Positions 51,586-61,959 of a stretch of DNA of 64,000 nucleotides are shown piece after piece. The stretch spans positions 128,001-192,000 of the forward strand of contig OY776215.1 of the NCBI GenBank assembly GCA_963675495.1, given 5' to 3'. Each line of letters begins with the position of its first letter. The first letter of the stretch is position 1. The notes beneath the pieces were generated by a model. The model searched no databases. It had not been told where the DNA came from and saw only the letters and a list, made by a program, of their open reading frames with translations. Source of the DNA: an uncultured Methanolobus sp. (GTDB lineage: Archaea > Halobacteriota > Methanosarcinia > Methanosarcinales > Methanosarcinaceae). The position numbers and the translations under genes were made by a program.

Positions 51586-52434
51586 TTAGGCTGAAATGAA
51601 CACAATTGCAAGCATGGCAACAGCTACTCCTATCCATTGTTTTGAAGACAATTTTTCTTTTAGTATCAGCCATGCAAGCAACACTGTACCTGCAGGGTAG
51701 AGGGATGAGAGGATGGAGGCAATATCGAGTCTGCCTGCCTGGGAGGCCAGTGCAAAAAAGGTGTTTCCTCCTGTGTCAAAGATTCCTGCAATGATAATTA
51801 CAGGAAGGATATTTTTAGGTGGGAGGTACACCTGTTTGCTTAATGCAATAAATATAATTAATGTCACCACAGCTGCTATTCTTGCAGCAGTAAGGGGCCA
51901 GAGTACAGCCGTATCGCTGACCTTGTCAATGGATATGAAAAACAGTCCGAATCCCATTCCGGCGACCAATGGGAGCACAAGGTCTGTGCGTTTGATCTTG
52001 CTGTTTTCGTCTCCTCCACCGGCAATGAGCCAGACTGCTACAAGTGCAAAAACAAAACCGACTATTTGGTGAACAGCAGGCAATCCTTCATAGAATGAAC
52101 CGTAGATCACAGGTACAGTAGCAGCTATTACTGCGGAAATTGGTGCCACAAATCCCATCCGACCCTGCGAGAGACCACGGTAAAGTGCCAGAAGTCCGAT
52201 GCTGATGAAAACTCCGGCAACAGCTCCCCAAATCATACCGCCAAGGGGTGGCACTTTCTCTGCCATCAGATAAGCTGAAGCTGCAAGAAGAAAAACTCCG
52301 ACTAGTTGAGTTATCAGAACAACACTATAGACATTTGCACGTTTGGAGGCAAATCCACCACTGAAATCTCCGGCACCCCAACATATAGCTGCCACAAGTC
52401 CAAAGAAAACCACAAGAAATTCAGCAGGTATCAT
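51586..52434 (-). CDS. EamA/DMT family transporter
   Basis: Ten TM helices; WGAGDFSGG, SSLYP, LKEKLS. Confidence 0.9.
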   Translation of the reverse strand: MIPAEFLVVFFGLVAAICWGAGDFSGGFASKRANVYSVVLITQLVGVFLLAASAYLMAEKVPPLGGMIWGAVAGVFISIGLLALYRGLSQGRMGFVAPISAVIAATVPVIYGSFYEGLPAVHQIVGFVFALVAVWLIAGGGDENSKIKRTDLVLPLVAGMGFGLFFISIDKVSDTAVLWPLTAARIAAVVTLIIFIALSKQVYLPPKNILPVIIIAGIFDTGGNTFFALASQAGRLDIASILSSLYPAGTVLLAWLILKEKLSSKQWIGVAVAMLAIVFISA

Positions 52435-52547
52435 CTATAATCCTCTGGAAAATTAATAAATTGAAGCTATTTAGTTTTATGCAGTCTGAAATGTTCTTGA
52501 ACGATTGCTACACTTGTGAACAGTCTATTAGTTTATTCAGGATCCAT

Positions 52548-54059
52548 CTATTCTTTCAGGATCTTGCGTATCATCATAAGTCCGGCAAGATTCACAACTC
52601 CAATAAGGGTTCCCCCTATAATATAACGTGGCTTTTGATAGGGGTTATTGCTTGTGGGTTGTTTTGACGAGCTGAACATATTCACAATTGTGCTGGATTC
52701 TGTGTTTATGGTCTGTTCCATTACGTCATCTGAATCTGATGTGGATACATATTTTATAACATAATCAGTATCCTGCTCCAGTCCAACCAATGAAATAGTA
52801 TCCTGGATGGTTCTTTCAAAAAGTATCGCGTCATTTTTCATCAGGATGAGTTTTCCTTTTTCAGGAACATTGACTTTTAAATTCACATATTCTTTGACGG
52901 GAATTACTGTACCATCAGCAGCCCTCAGATTTCCAGGAAGGTTTAGTATTTCAAGTATTGTGGGTGCGATATCTTCCTGTCCAAACTGGCCTTCTATCAC
53001 GCCGGCATCAACATCTTTTGCTGCAATTACCAGCGGTACCTTTTGTGATTCAGTCATTACGGAATACTTATCAGACTGGTGTCCTCCACGTGAGTCTGAT
53101 GTTGGAAAACTCATACCATGGTCGCCGGTAAGTATAAATGCCATATCATTCTTCCGGCATGTCTTGTAAAGATCCATGGTTGCATTGTCTATGCCTTCTA
53201 TAGTTGCAATGTACCCGCTATCCTTTTTGTAGTGACCTGCACAATCCACAGCCCCTACGTTTATTGTGAGGATGTAGTATTGGTCAGGGTACTCATTTTG
53301 CATCATATCGATCAGGTCAATGGCAGTTTCAATAGCCCATACATCATATGTGTCGTATCTTTCCAGTGAGCCTTCGGGATACTGATCAAGTTGTTTCTGT
53401 AATTTCAGGGACTGTTCCTGCATCATGCCTGCAACGTCAAGGGCTATGCTTTTGTCTGTCCCGGAAAACATATTTGTTTCTGTGACCATTTCCGGTTTGT
53501 TTATTGAGTTGTCCACATCGTGAATTATCACATTCTGCTTGCTACGCATGCCTGAAGAATCCCCTTTCTCCATGATGGCAAAAGTGAGATATCCATTATC
53601 ATGTGCTACATCATACATTGTCGTTCCAAAAGAACTCACGAGTTCACTATCTGCTTTTGAGTATCCTGTGGCTATAACAGAGTGCCCTCCTTCTGTGAAT
53701 GTCTGTGGGGCTACCACGTCCAGCACTCTGCAACTCTGGTCAAATATTTGCAATATATTTTCAGGTTCAGCTTTATCCAGTTCACTGCCATCAATAGCAT
53801 GAGGTGTATACTCTGGATAGACATAACAGGAACTGAGTCCATCAACAATAAGAATGACAGCGCCATGTGGTGTGTTTACAGGATTTATTTCCACAGTTTC
53901 GCTTGCACTACAGGTAGGAATCAGGAACAAGAGTAAAAAGAAAATTGCACAAAACCGAAAGGCTCTAAGCCTGTACCTGCTGTATCCAGTGTATTTTAAA
54001 CACTTATGCTTCATTCCGTTTTTTCCGACTGTCATCTCTTCATGGAAGAAACTTTCCAC
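52548..54059 (-). CDS. Alkaline-phosphatase superfamily exported metalloenzyme with C-terminal anchor (start uncertain)
   Basis: LIVDGL, D.AGH, TGDHG, GHQS, VPLVI, DIAPT. Confidence 0.8.
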   Translation of the reverse strand: MESFFHEEMTVGKNGMKHKCLKYTGYSRYRLRAFRFCAIFFLLLFLIPTCSASETVEINPVNTPHGAVILIVDGLSSCYVYPEYTPHAIDGSELDKAEPENILQIFDQSCRVLDVVAPQTFTEGGHSVIATGYSKADSELVSSFGTTMYDVAHDNGYLTFAIMEKGDSSGMRSKQNVIIHDVDNSINKPEMVTETNMFSGTDKSIALDVAGMMQEQSLKLQKQLDQYPEGSLERYDTYDVWAIETAIDLIDMMQNEYPDQYYILTINVGAVDCAGHYKKDSGYIATIEGIDNATMDLYKTCRKNDMAFILTGDHGMSFPTSDSRGGHQSDKYSVMTESQKVPLVIAAKDVDAGVIEGQFGQEDIAPTILEILNLPGNLRAADGTVIPVKEYVNLKVNVPEKGKLILMKNDAILFERTIQDTISLVGLEQDTDYVIKYVSTSDSDDVMEQTINTESSTIVNMFSSSKQPTSNNPYQKPRYIIGGTLIGVVNLAGLMMIRKILKE

Positions 54060-55044
54060 ATAATAAAGTTTCTATTTGAATCTACTTTTTATTCAATGAT
54101 ATAAATGGAATCTGATGTATTTTTTGTATTTTGGTTCGGTGTGTGGAACTATATTTAGTTACATATTTTTCTGATTTTGTATATACTTCAAAATATGTTT
54201 GGCGTAATAATATTTAGTTACATTCATTACAATTTAATAAATATGGGGCTATCATTAAATTTTGTAAAAAAGTAAACAATTATATTTAACTATTTTTATA
54301 TATTACTTTTTAGCTTATATTTGATAGAGGTTGCAACAACAAAATACTAATATTAATCTATCAAAAATAGTGCAGTGAGTTACTGCAAATCATGGCTACT
54401 TAACAAATTTACTAATAAAGATATCACTTAACATTGTAAACATATTATATGGTTTCCTTGTTTCAAAAGACACGTAAACAAAATATTATTGTTCTCAAAG
54501 TTCTGTATTAGTAATAGAACTGTGCAAAAAGGGTATGTTTTCCAAAAACGAGTTATTCAATAGTATGCAAGAATACTGGTGTTCTGATTTTCACCATCAC
54601 AAAAAATCAGTAGCATTAGAATTGGCGTATGTTTTTATTTTGATCAATAAATCTATATATGTATGCTATAAGCTTGCCATATAAGTTTGTGTCAATTAAA
54701 AGTTAAATGTAATCGTCCTTATTCTATATTTCACTGATAATTGGGAGAATTTAGGCGTAGTCAGCCTTGCATACTTAATAAGCGTTCTTTTTTGGGAGGT
54801 TACAAAGGCATGAGTACTGACTATGTGCAATAGAAAGCTTAAACTTGAAACGATTATTATAATACATGCGTAATCCGAGAAGTATTTCCAGCATAAAAGA
54901 TGAAGAAACACATCTCAATGAAAAAAAGAAAGGCTATTGCAAACTCTCTTAGGCGTCTTCCGGAACCATCTAGGGATAAATGACATTAAAAATAATGCAA
55001 CAGCCTAGTTAAAAATTACAAAAAATATACAACCCTGCAAAATT

Positions 55045-56175
55045 TCACTCCTCACTTTTCACTCCATCCTTCAGGAAAAGTGACAAAACCATAAAAACAG
55101 CACTCAAAACAAACACTGCCTGGTAACCCAGATTAACAAATAATCCTGCGAGAATTGGCATGAATGCGAGTCCTGCGTAGGTGTATGTATTGAAGATCCC
55201 CATGGCAAGTCCTTTGTCAAAAGGCATGTGGGATACGGCTATTGGCAGTCCTATCATTCCTGTTCCTGAGCCTATGCCCAGTAGTGCGAAGCCTAAAAAC
55301 GGGAATTCGGTGGCTATTATCACACCGGATGCTGCCAGTAGAACTCCTGTGAATACCATTTTATTATATTCCAGGTTCATTCTTCCGACAATGATATTGG
55401 TGGCCATTGAACTTGCATAAAGTATGGCGATTGCAATGCCAAGTTCTGGTTTGCTTAGGGTGTCCTTGCTGTATTCCGGATAGAAAGCAAGCATCACTCC
55501 TGTTATTCCGAAAATCAGGAATGCTGTGATCCATATGCGCAGAAATCTTATGTCGAATATTTTATTGATTATCTTCCTGGCATTTGATACAGGGGTAGTC
55601 TTTCTGACTATTGTTTTAGTAGGCTCGTTCTTTGTAAATAAAGAAGGTAGACCAATGGATAATATTAGTGCAGCTACAATGGTGAACAGGATGATTCCGC
55701 CTTTTATTGACCATTCAGCTAAAAATCCTGACGATAAGACTCCTACAGCAAGACCGGCATTTAGCAGAAAATTGAACTCTCCGATGTAGCGGTTCTTTTC
55801 CCGGAAGCCAGAAAGTATTGCATAGGCTGCTGGGAAGAATGCTCCACAAGCGATGCCTTCGATAAGTCGGCCAGCGATAAGCAGGTATATATTTTCAGTA
55901 AAAGTAAGTACCATTCCTGCAAAGAAAGTGAGTGCAATTGAAAGCACAATGAATCTTATATACTGATAGGCATCCGCCAGTAATCCAAAGGGAATCATGG
56001 TGAGTAAAGCGCCAATGAAGTAACCTGAAAATAATAATGTACTTATAAGGCTACTATAGTTTGCCTGTCCGCTTGAAGATATTTCAGGCAATACCGGAAT
56101 AACAGAATTAGATAATGCCATAATTAGAAATACTGTCGAGTAAATCAAAAACCGGTTTTTTTCCATATATTTCAC
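55045..56175 (-). CDS. MFS transporter
   Basis: Twelve TM helices; FGLLAD, GRLIEG. Confidence 0.9.
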   Translation of the reverse strand: MKYMEKNRFLIYSTVFLIMALSNSVIPVLPEISSSGQANYSSLISTLLFSGYFIGALLTMIPFGLLADAYQYIRFIVLSIALTFFAGMVLTFTENIYLLIAGRLIEGIACGAFFPAAYAILSGFREKNRYIGEFNFLLNAGLAVGVLSSGFLAEWSIKGGIILFTIVAALILSIGLPSLFTKNEPTKTIVRKTTPVSNARKIINKIFDIRFLRIWITAFLIFGITGVMLAFYPEYSKDTLSKPELGIAIAILYASSMATNIIVGRMNLEYNKMVFTGVLLAASGVIIATEFPFLGFALLGIGSGTGMIGLPIAVSHMPFDKGLAMGIFNTYTYAGLAFMPILAGLFVNLGYQAVFVLSAVFMVLSLFLKDGVKSEE

Positions 56176-57501
56176 CTGTTATAGGAATATTCAATAACAT
56201 GGCATACTATTTAGGTTTAGAAGTTGTAATTTAATGATTAAGTGCCTGTTGAATATTTTGCTATGAAAAACTCTCACAAATTCATATATGTATAGTAAAG
56301 TATATACTTCTAAAAAATGTCGAAAAAAGTGAGTTCAAAGAATTTAACAGACTTATTTAGCATATAGTTTATTATCTATATTTAGTAGTAGTATTGTAAA
56401 AAAAATAGTTCATAATTGTAATATTATTATTTAAAATTTAAATTTAATAAAAAAGCTCTAATTTTATAAGCTTATATTTATATTATATTTATTAGTTTGC
56501 TGAGTATAGACTAAACATACAGATTAATTATTTATAAAAATATAGGGATAAAAATAATAACATTTATATAAAATTTTACGATATAGTAAATAAATTAGTA
56601 ACTTTCAACAAATATTAATTCTAAAAACTTATTTTATTATAATGTTATATTTTCTGACAATTTGTGCTCACTTTGCTTCGTGTAATATATTTCATTTACG
56701 AACCATTGTTTTAATTATGGTTTGGTGACTGATTATAAGTAAATATCTTTTTATTAAGGCAAATTTCGATTTAACTTTGCAATTCTACAGTTTCAAAGAC
56801 TATATGAATAAGGTGTGCATTATATCCGGTATAATTTTCTTTACTATTATTGTATAGATCCTGGTGATGGTGAAGGTCAAGACTAGTGTATTCATACATA
56901 CTATGGAATGACCAATTTTAGAAAAACATACCCTTTTTAGGATTTTTGAGAAATCCAATAATCCGTTCATATATACTATAAGAATATGGATTTTTTATGT
57001 TTTTACGCTTTGAGATCAGGAAATCCATGCAATATTTTTTTTAAAGTTCTTGAAAAAAACATTTTTAATAATATTATTAAGTTCCCGGATTTTTAAGCAC
57101 TTTTTATATTATTGGCGTTAGTTTTAGTTTAGTTTTTTCGGCGTCCGACCTATAGACTAAACATGTTGAAAACTATTATATAAAAATAGCATAATTTAAT
57201 TGGTTCTGAAACTACATGACAGTTTAAAGAAATTAAGCTAAATAACTGCAAGTAATAATAAACATCTAATTTTATTAGAATTTTAGCGACTTGTTGGGTA
57301 AATCGGGAAAATTGCCGTTTTTGTTCGTAATTGTACGAAAACAACCGTTTAATTAAGTATATCTTTATAAATATAAGTTAATAATATTCTATTATTATCA
57401 CATTGTAATAATTAAACGTAACAAAATATTGTTACATTGCATTATACAGTAAAGTATATACTAAAATCAAAGAAAATGTAACTATATTCAGTTACATTTT
57501 A

Positions 57502-57639
57502 CTATTTTGGAGACACTTTGAAGTTTTCACAACTTTTAACCCGGTTTTCAATACTTCCTAATTTATACCAGACAGATGCATTAATCAGCAAACTTGCACC
57601 AGTGGTTAAAGATAAGATCATTGTTTCAATTTCCGGCAT
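57502..57639 (-). CDS. Small one-TM protein (virus-like cassette)
   Basis: MPEIETMILSLTTGASLLINASVWYKLGSIENRVKSC...; overlaps the upstream stop codon. Confidence 0.45.
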   Translation of the reverse strand: MPEIETMILSLTTGASLLINASVWYKLGSIENRVKSCENFKVSPK

Positions 57640-57799
57640 TGTCCTTATCTCCTGTTGCAAAGTAGTAAGCCACCACGGACCCTGTAAGAGTCAATAATTC
57701 CGTACATGGTATTTGACCAGCAGTAAAACCAATGCAAGAACCTGTTAGCAAAAGTGCCAGAGCTGCCCGGATACTTCTTTTAGGTAAGTTAAAAGCCAT
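57626..57799 (-). CDS. Small two-TM holin-like protein
   Basis: MAFNLPKRSIRAALALLL...LTGSVVAYYFATGDK; start overlaps the upstream gene end. Confidence 0.55.
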   Translation of the reverse strand: MAFNLPKRSIRAALALLLTGSCIGFTAGQIPCTELLTLTGSVVAYYFATGDKDNAGN

Positions 57800-58145
57800 G
57801 CTCATTTAATACCTCCTGATATCGCTTTTTTAATCTGTTCCGTGTGTATAGGTCACACTCTTTTGAGCTTACCAAAGCACCCCGGAGTAATCCCCACGGG
57901 TGCATTACATGGCCTTTTTTCTTGATGTGCTTAAGCCCGTATTCATGGCCTAATTCATGCAGTAAACGCAATTTCCAATTAAGAACCTTACATATCACAA
58001 TTTCCTTACTGGAATGGTAACAAATACCTAAAGCCAAAATGCAAGGATATCCGCTATCTGTGGGCTTTGTTAGGTACTTGAAACCGTGACGTTTAAACTT
58101 GTAAAGGAAAAAGGGAAGTAGGCCCATTATCTTTATTTTGTACAT
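57789..58145 (-). CDS. Small metzincin-type Zn peptidase
   Basis: HELGHEYGLKH...VMHP Met-turn; GGAGGG RBS. Confidence 0.65.
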   Translation of the reverse strand: MYKIKIMGLLPFFLYKFKRHGFKYLTKPTDSGYPCILALGICYHSSKEIVICKVLNWKLRLLHELGHEYGLKHIKKKGHVMHPWGLLRGALVSSKECDLYTRNRLKKRYQEVLNEHGF

Positions 58146-58160
58146 GTCTACCCTCCAATT

Positions 58161-58430
58161 TCACGAAAATGAAGGGGTTGCTATTGGTTCTGAAAACGAA
58201 CCAAGCATTTTAAAGTTTCTTACTTCTGCATAGTAATTTGCATCTTTTACTACATGTAGCTCTACGATATCGCCTGCTTTTATTCCTGACACATCAAGGG
58301 TTTTTGTTTTCCATGATCCAGATGATGTTCCATAATTTACAGTATGTAGAATTTCGCTATTGACCTCTATTGTGAAAGTACATATTGGGTATGTATCAAA
58401 GTAATATTCAAAGGTAAACCTTACTGCAAA
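58161..58430 (-). pseudogene. 3' fragment of a beta-rich (virion-like) protein gene
   Basis: Open frame VRFTFEYYFD...PIATPSFS* with no start codon, abutting the peptidase RBS. Confidence 0.5.
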
Positions 58431-58525
58431 AACTAAGTTATAATGTATTTATATTATAACAAAAAAAATGCCTACGCAGGTTAAAATGCCCGTCGTGAGA
58501 TTTAAATAAGGTGCCTGAAATGGTT

Positions 58526-58590
58526 AAAAGGGGGAAACACCAGTAGTTGCACTGGTGTTTTTGTGAACCACCCCATTTAATGCCCCATTA
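58526..58590 (-). ncRNA. Candidate small hairpin RNA, copy 1
   Basis: 10-bp stem AAACACCAGT/ACTGGTGTTT, minus-strand U-tract, AT-rich TATA-like box at ~58610. Confidence 0.4.
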
Positions 58591-58707
58591 ATAAGTAATA
58601 TTGTTCAGTATTTAAAATAACTGGGTTGTATTTTTTAATGACACTAAAATTTCAATAGTCTTTAAAACACCCGTCGATAGATTAAAAAAAGTTGCTTGAT
58701 GTGATTA

Positions 58708-58770
58708 TAGAAAAGAACACCGATAATAATTATCGATGTTCGTGTGGGGTTTGGGGGGTGGTACTTAAAA
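58708..58770 (-). ncRNA. Candidate small hairpin RNA, copy 2 (C-rich 5' part)
   Basis: Stem GAACACCGATAA/TTATCGATGTTC with U.G only on the minus strand; downstream flank paralogous to copy 1. Confidence 0.4.
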
Positions 58771-58857
58771 AAGTACAAATTACACTAATGAACTACTATT
58801 ATATTAATGGATAGGTTTCTGATTGGAAACTTACATTACTGAAATAATTCCCGTATC

Positions 58858-59100
58858 CTTACCTAGGGGGATAGGTCTTAAAACTTCGGTTTTCATCGAC
58901 TAAAACATAGTGGTAAGGTTCCAGTGCTCGGACTTCATCCATAAACCCTAGCTTATTGATTTCTTTTAATGATAATTGTTTTTCCCCACCAACCTAAAGA
59001 ATATCAAATAACGGGCAAGTTTTACAAGAACAATGTTAAGCTGTGTGGGTCTTCTGGATCTATAGCCAGTTGCTAACTTGAAATGATGGTTAAAGTCGTT
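58858..59100 (-). pseudogene. Decayed FtsK/HerA (A32-like) ATPase C-terminal part
   Basis: NDFNHHFKLATGYRSRRPTQLN..LVKLARYLIFFRLVGKN, frameshift, then LKEINKLGFMDEVRALEPYHYVLVDENR. Confidence 0.4.
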
Positions 59101-59734
59101 AAGTCCCCTCTATTTGGCCAAATTTCTTTTTTTAGTTAACTTGCAGTCAAAAAAACCAATGGTAAGTCCTCTTTATTGGTCATAGCAGCGTGGGACACTA
59201 GTAGATATTTTTATATTTAGTTCCACAAATTATATATTTCTAATATGTAACACTACTATTAATGTTTTTGAATTTATTTCCTAATTAGGACAATTAACTA
59301 TATTTTGTCCATCGTGCAAACAGAATAATTATCCTTTTGAGGATAAAAATAACCCAATCTTAAAAATAATTTTGTATGCATTTATATGCAACAACGAATT
59401 TAACCTATTTGGGTTAAAACATCTGTACGTGAATTAAGGACATTAGCCAAATATGGACAAAACAATAAGTGTTTAGTAGGGTAACTACTCTCCAATTTGA
59501 TTAGATAATAGAAAGAGAAATAATACTATTTTAATAATGTGTGTATTTTTGATAATGATATTATCAAAATACCTAGCGTATTATTTATTAAATAAAATAA
59601 ACGTTTATTTTGTTAGAAAGACATTCAACTGGCACTTTTTAATTACAATGTATTGTTTAGTAGTTTGATAGATTTGTCATTGTTAAGTGTATAAATAATA
59701 AACAATATGAAATAATAGAAGAAATTTAAACCTT

Positions 59735-59800
59735 AAAAAGGAATGCACCAGCATTTAAACTGGTGCTTTGTGATACCAACCCCTATACTATGCCTACCAC
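59735..59800 (-). ncRNA. Candidate small hairpin RNA, copy 3
   Basis: GCACCAG/CTGGTGC stem, GGGGTTGGTATCACAAA leader like copy 1, U-tract, TATA-like box at ~59825. Confidence 0.4.
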
Positions 59801-60468
59801 ATCTGTATATTTAGAATGCATTATATTTAACTACATTGGCAGATATACATGTCAGGTAAATAAAAAATTCATCTATATACTTGTTCTATAAATGCCAATT
59901 ATTTAAGTGATTGTTACTACAATAAATGTTTAACAAATCAATAAAAATCTCTTAAAAAAAAAGTATCATTAAATGAAATCAGTTTCCTGAAATGATATTA
60001 AATGAGGGTACAAAGGTGGTACTAGGTGAAATACGTTATATAATAGGTCTGATTTAATTTCCCATTTCAAAAAACACAAATTGGTTTTGTTCCCTCATTA
60101 TTTTATTGTATGCAAATGTTGCTATTTAAATTTATTGTATTATTTTAGGATTTTGGATTCCATTTTTTCTTAGTCTAAAACCTAAGGTATAACAAAAAAC
60201 AAACCACTATATTAATTTTAATAGTATGATTATAAATAAATCAAGTAGTATTTTTCACTAATATTTGGTTTCAAAACTCCCACCAGACACAATGTACAAA
60301 TGTAAATATAAAAATAGTATAATACAATACATACTTTTTTGTTTTTTTAATTTAGTTACGGGTGACAGTATATGAATATTTCAAATAGTTATATTTAAAA
60401 AATTTTATATATAAAGTTACTGATGAGTTTGCATTCATCGCACAAATAGCGAGCACACAAATTCATGA

Positions 60469-60918
60469 TTAAATATTAATTTGAAGCCCAAACAGATCTT
60501 TAAAATCTGCATATTTTTTTCTGGCTCTGTAAAGATATTGTCGAACATATTTTTCACCACGGACCTTTGCATACATGGAATTTATCTCGGCAGGGGTGAA
60601 AACAGCCTTTAATTTTTTATTGTCGATATCATCAAGAAATTTAAGATTATTGCTGCTTTCCACATCGAAAAATTGAGATATTAACTCCTCATCCTTCCAT
60701 GTCCAGTCTTTGTCATATATAATAGCAAATAGCTTATTGCATGAATTACATTTTGCCGCCACTATCATTCCATTTTCATAGGAATGATAACTGATACTAA
60801 CTACATTTGAATCACAATGACTGCAAACCCCAATAAAATTCATGTCAATACTTTGGGGTTCCAGATTCACACTGTCAACTTGCATTACATTTTTTTCAAT
60901 ATCGTACCTGATATCCAT
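60469..60918 (-). CDS. Hypothetical Zn-finger protein
   Basis: CSHC...CNSC; C-terminal VFTPAEI...VRQYLYRARKKY; GGTG RBS before MDIRY. Confidence 0.75.
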   Translation of the reverse strand: MDIRYDIEKNVMQVDSVNLEPQSIDMNFIGVCSHCDSNVVSISYHSYENGMIVAAKCNSCNKLFAIIYDKDWTWKDEELISQFFDVESSNNLKFLDDIDNKKLKAVFTPAEINSMYAKVRGEKYVRQYLYRARKKYADFKDLFGLQINI

Positions 60919-61077
60919 ATAGTCACCAAAAAACTGAGAGATATAAGAAAATGTTTTTATCATATTAGGCTTTTTTCTCATTTCGATATATTAATTCACC
61001 TCATACTATAAAAATTTAGAAACATTTATATGGATTAAATTCCATATAAAAGATTGTGCTATATATGGGGTGAAGTA

Positions 61078-61401
61078 ATGGACTCAATTCGCGCAAAAAT
61101 AAAACGAAGATTACAAAAGTTCATCGAACTCGATTGTAATGGACTCCGTAGTCATATATTGTCGCTGTTCTTAAATGCAAAAGAGACAACTGTTGATGAA
61201 TTACACGCAAATATCGCTCAAAAATATGATATTTCGCGTAGTGCTGTGGCATCAATGGTAGGTTACATCTATTCAAAATTAGGTGTGCTTAGATCTCATA
61301 AGGAATCTTATAAGACTCCTATAGTTTATTCTTTGAAAGAAGAATATGTGGATCTTATCAGAAATACACTGGAATCACAATCAGCAGTCTCAAGCTGCTG
61401 A
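61078..61401 (+). CDS. DUF2551-like wHTH protein
   Basis: SAVASMVGYIYSKLGVL...YSLKEEY; GGGGTGA RBS. Confidence 0.75.
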   Translation: MDSIRAKIKRRLQKFIELDCNGLRSHILSLFLNAKETTVDELHANIAQKYDISRSAVASMVGYIYSKLGVLRSHKESYKTPIVYSLKEEYVDLIRNTLESQSAVSSC

Positions 61402-61424
61402 TATTTATTTAGGCTTGATAGTAA

Positions 61425-61829
61425 ATGTCTATCGTAAAGAATGCTCCACGTACATCCACTACGTTAGTTGTACGTTCTGATTCTAATTCTCGTATAACAC
61501 ATTCCAGGGACCCGTACTACAATTTAATGAGGCGACTTTTTCAGGAAGAGGCAACTGCTATTCGTGGCCAGAAATTTCTTATGATGGTTGAAGATCGCCA
61601 AAAAAGTGGAGATCCTATCAAAACAAGTGAATGGGAATCATTACTTGCAGAGCTGGATATAGGACGCGCTTCATTTTATGCCATGCGCAATAAATTGCTA
61701 GGCGCTGGCCTTATTTCTCACAAAAATCAGGAATATCGTCTATCAGGACAGTTCAGTAAAGACCTGGTAGACATGGCTAGATGGTGGTGGACTGCAATTC
61801 TCGATGAAAATCCGGAAGGACTTGAATAA
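61425..61829 (+). CDS. Hypothetical wHTH-like protein
   Basis: FYAMRNKLLGAGLI...YRLSGQFS. Confidence 0.75.
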   Translation: MSIVKNAPRTSTTLVVRSDSNSRITHSRDPYYNLMRRLFQEEATAIRGQKFLMMVEDRQKSGDPIKTSEWESLLAELDIGRASFYAMRNKLLGAGLISHKNQEYRLSGQFSKDLVDMARWWWTAILDENPEGLE

Positions 61830-61886
61830 GCATCCTACCGATACCTTAATATCTAACCTTTACAATTAAGGGAATGCATTCACCAT

Positions 61887-61959
61887 AGCCCGGTAGTGTA
61901 GTGGTCAATCATGCAGGACTCTGGATCCCGCAACCTCGGTTCGAATCCGTGCCGGGCTA
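61887..61959 (+). tRNA. tRNA-Gln(CTG)
   Basis: AGCCCGG/CCGGGCT acceptor with archaeal A1-U72; anticodon CTG at 61921-23; TTCGAAT loop; one mismatch in each of the anticodon and T stems. Confidence 0.92.

Noticed and set aside
56860-56900. GGTGATGG as a fluoride riboswitch start
   Set aside because: The complementary stem and pseudoknot partner are missing, and no downstream gene lies on that strand.
58815-58930. ORB-like strings (TTTCTGATTGGAAAC, GTTCCAGTG)
   Set aside because: Partial matches without G-string; one lies inside the ATPase remnant; no cdc6 nearby.
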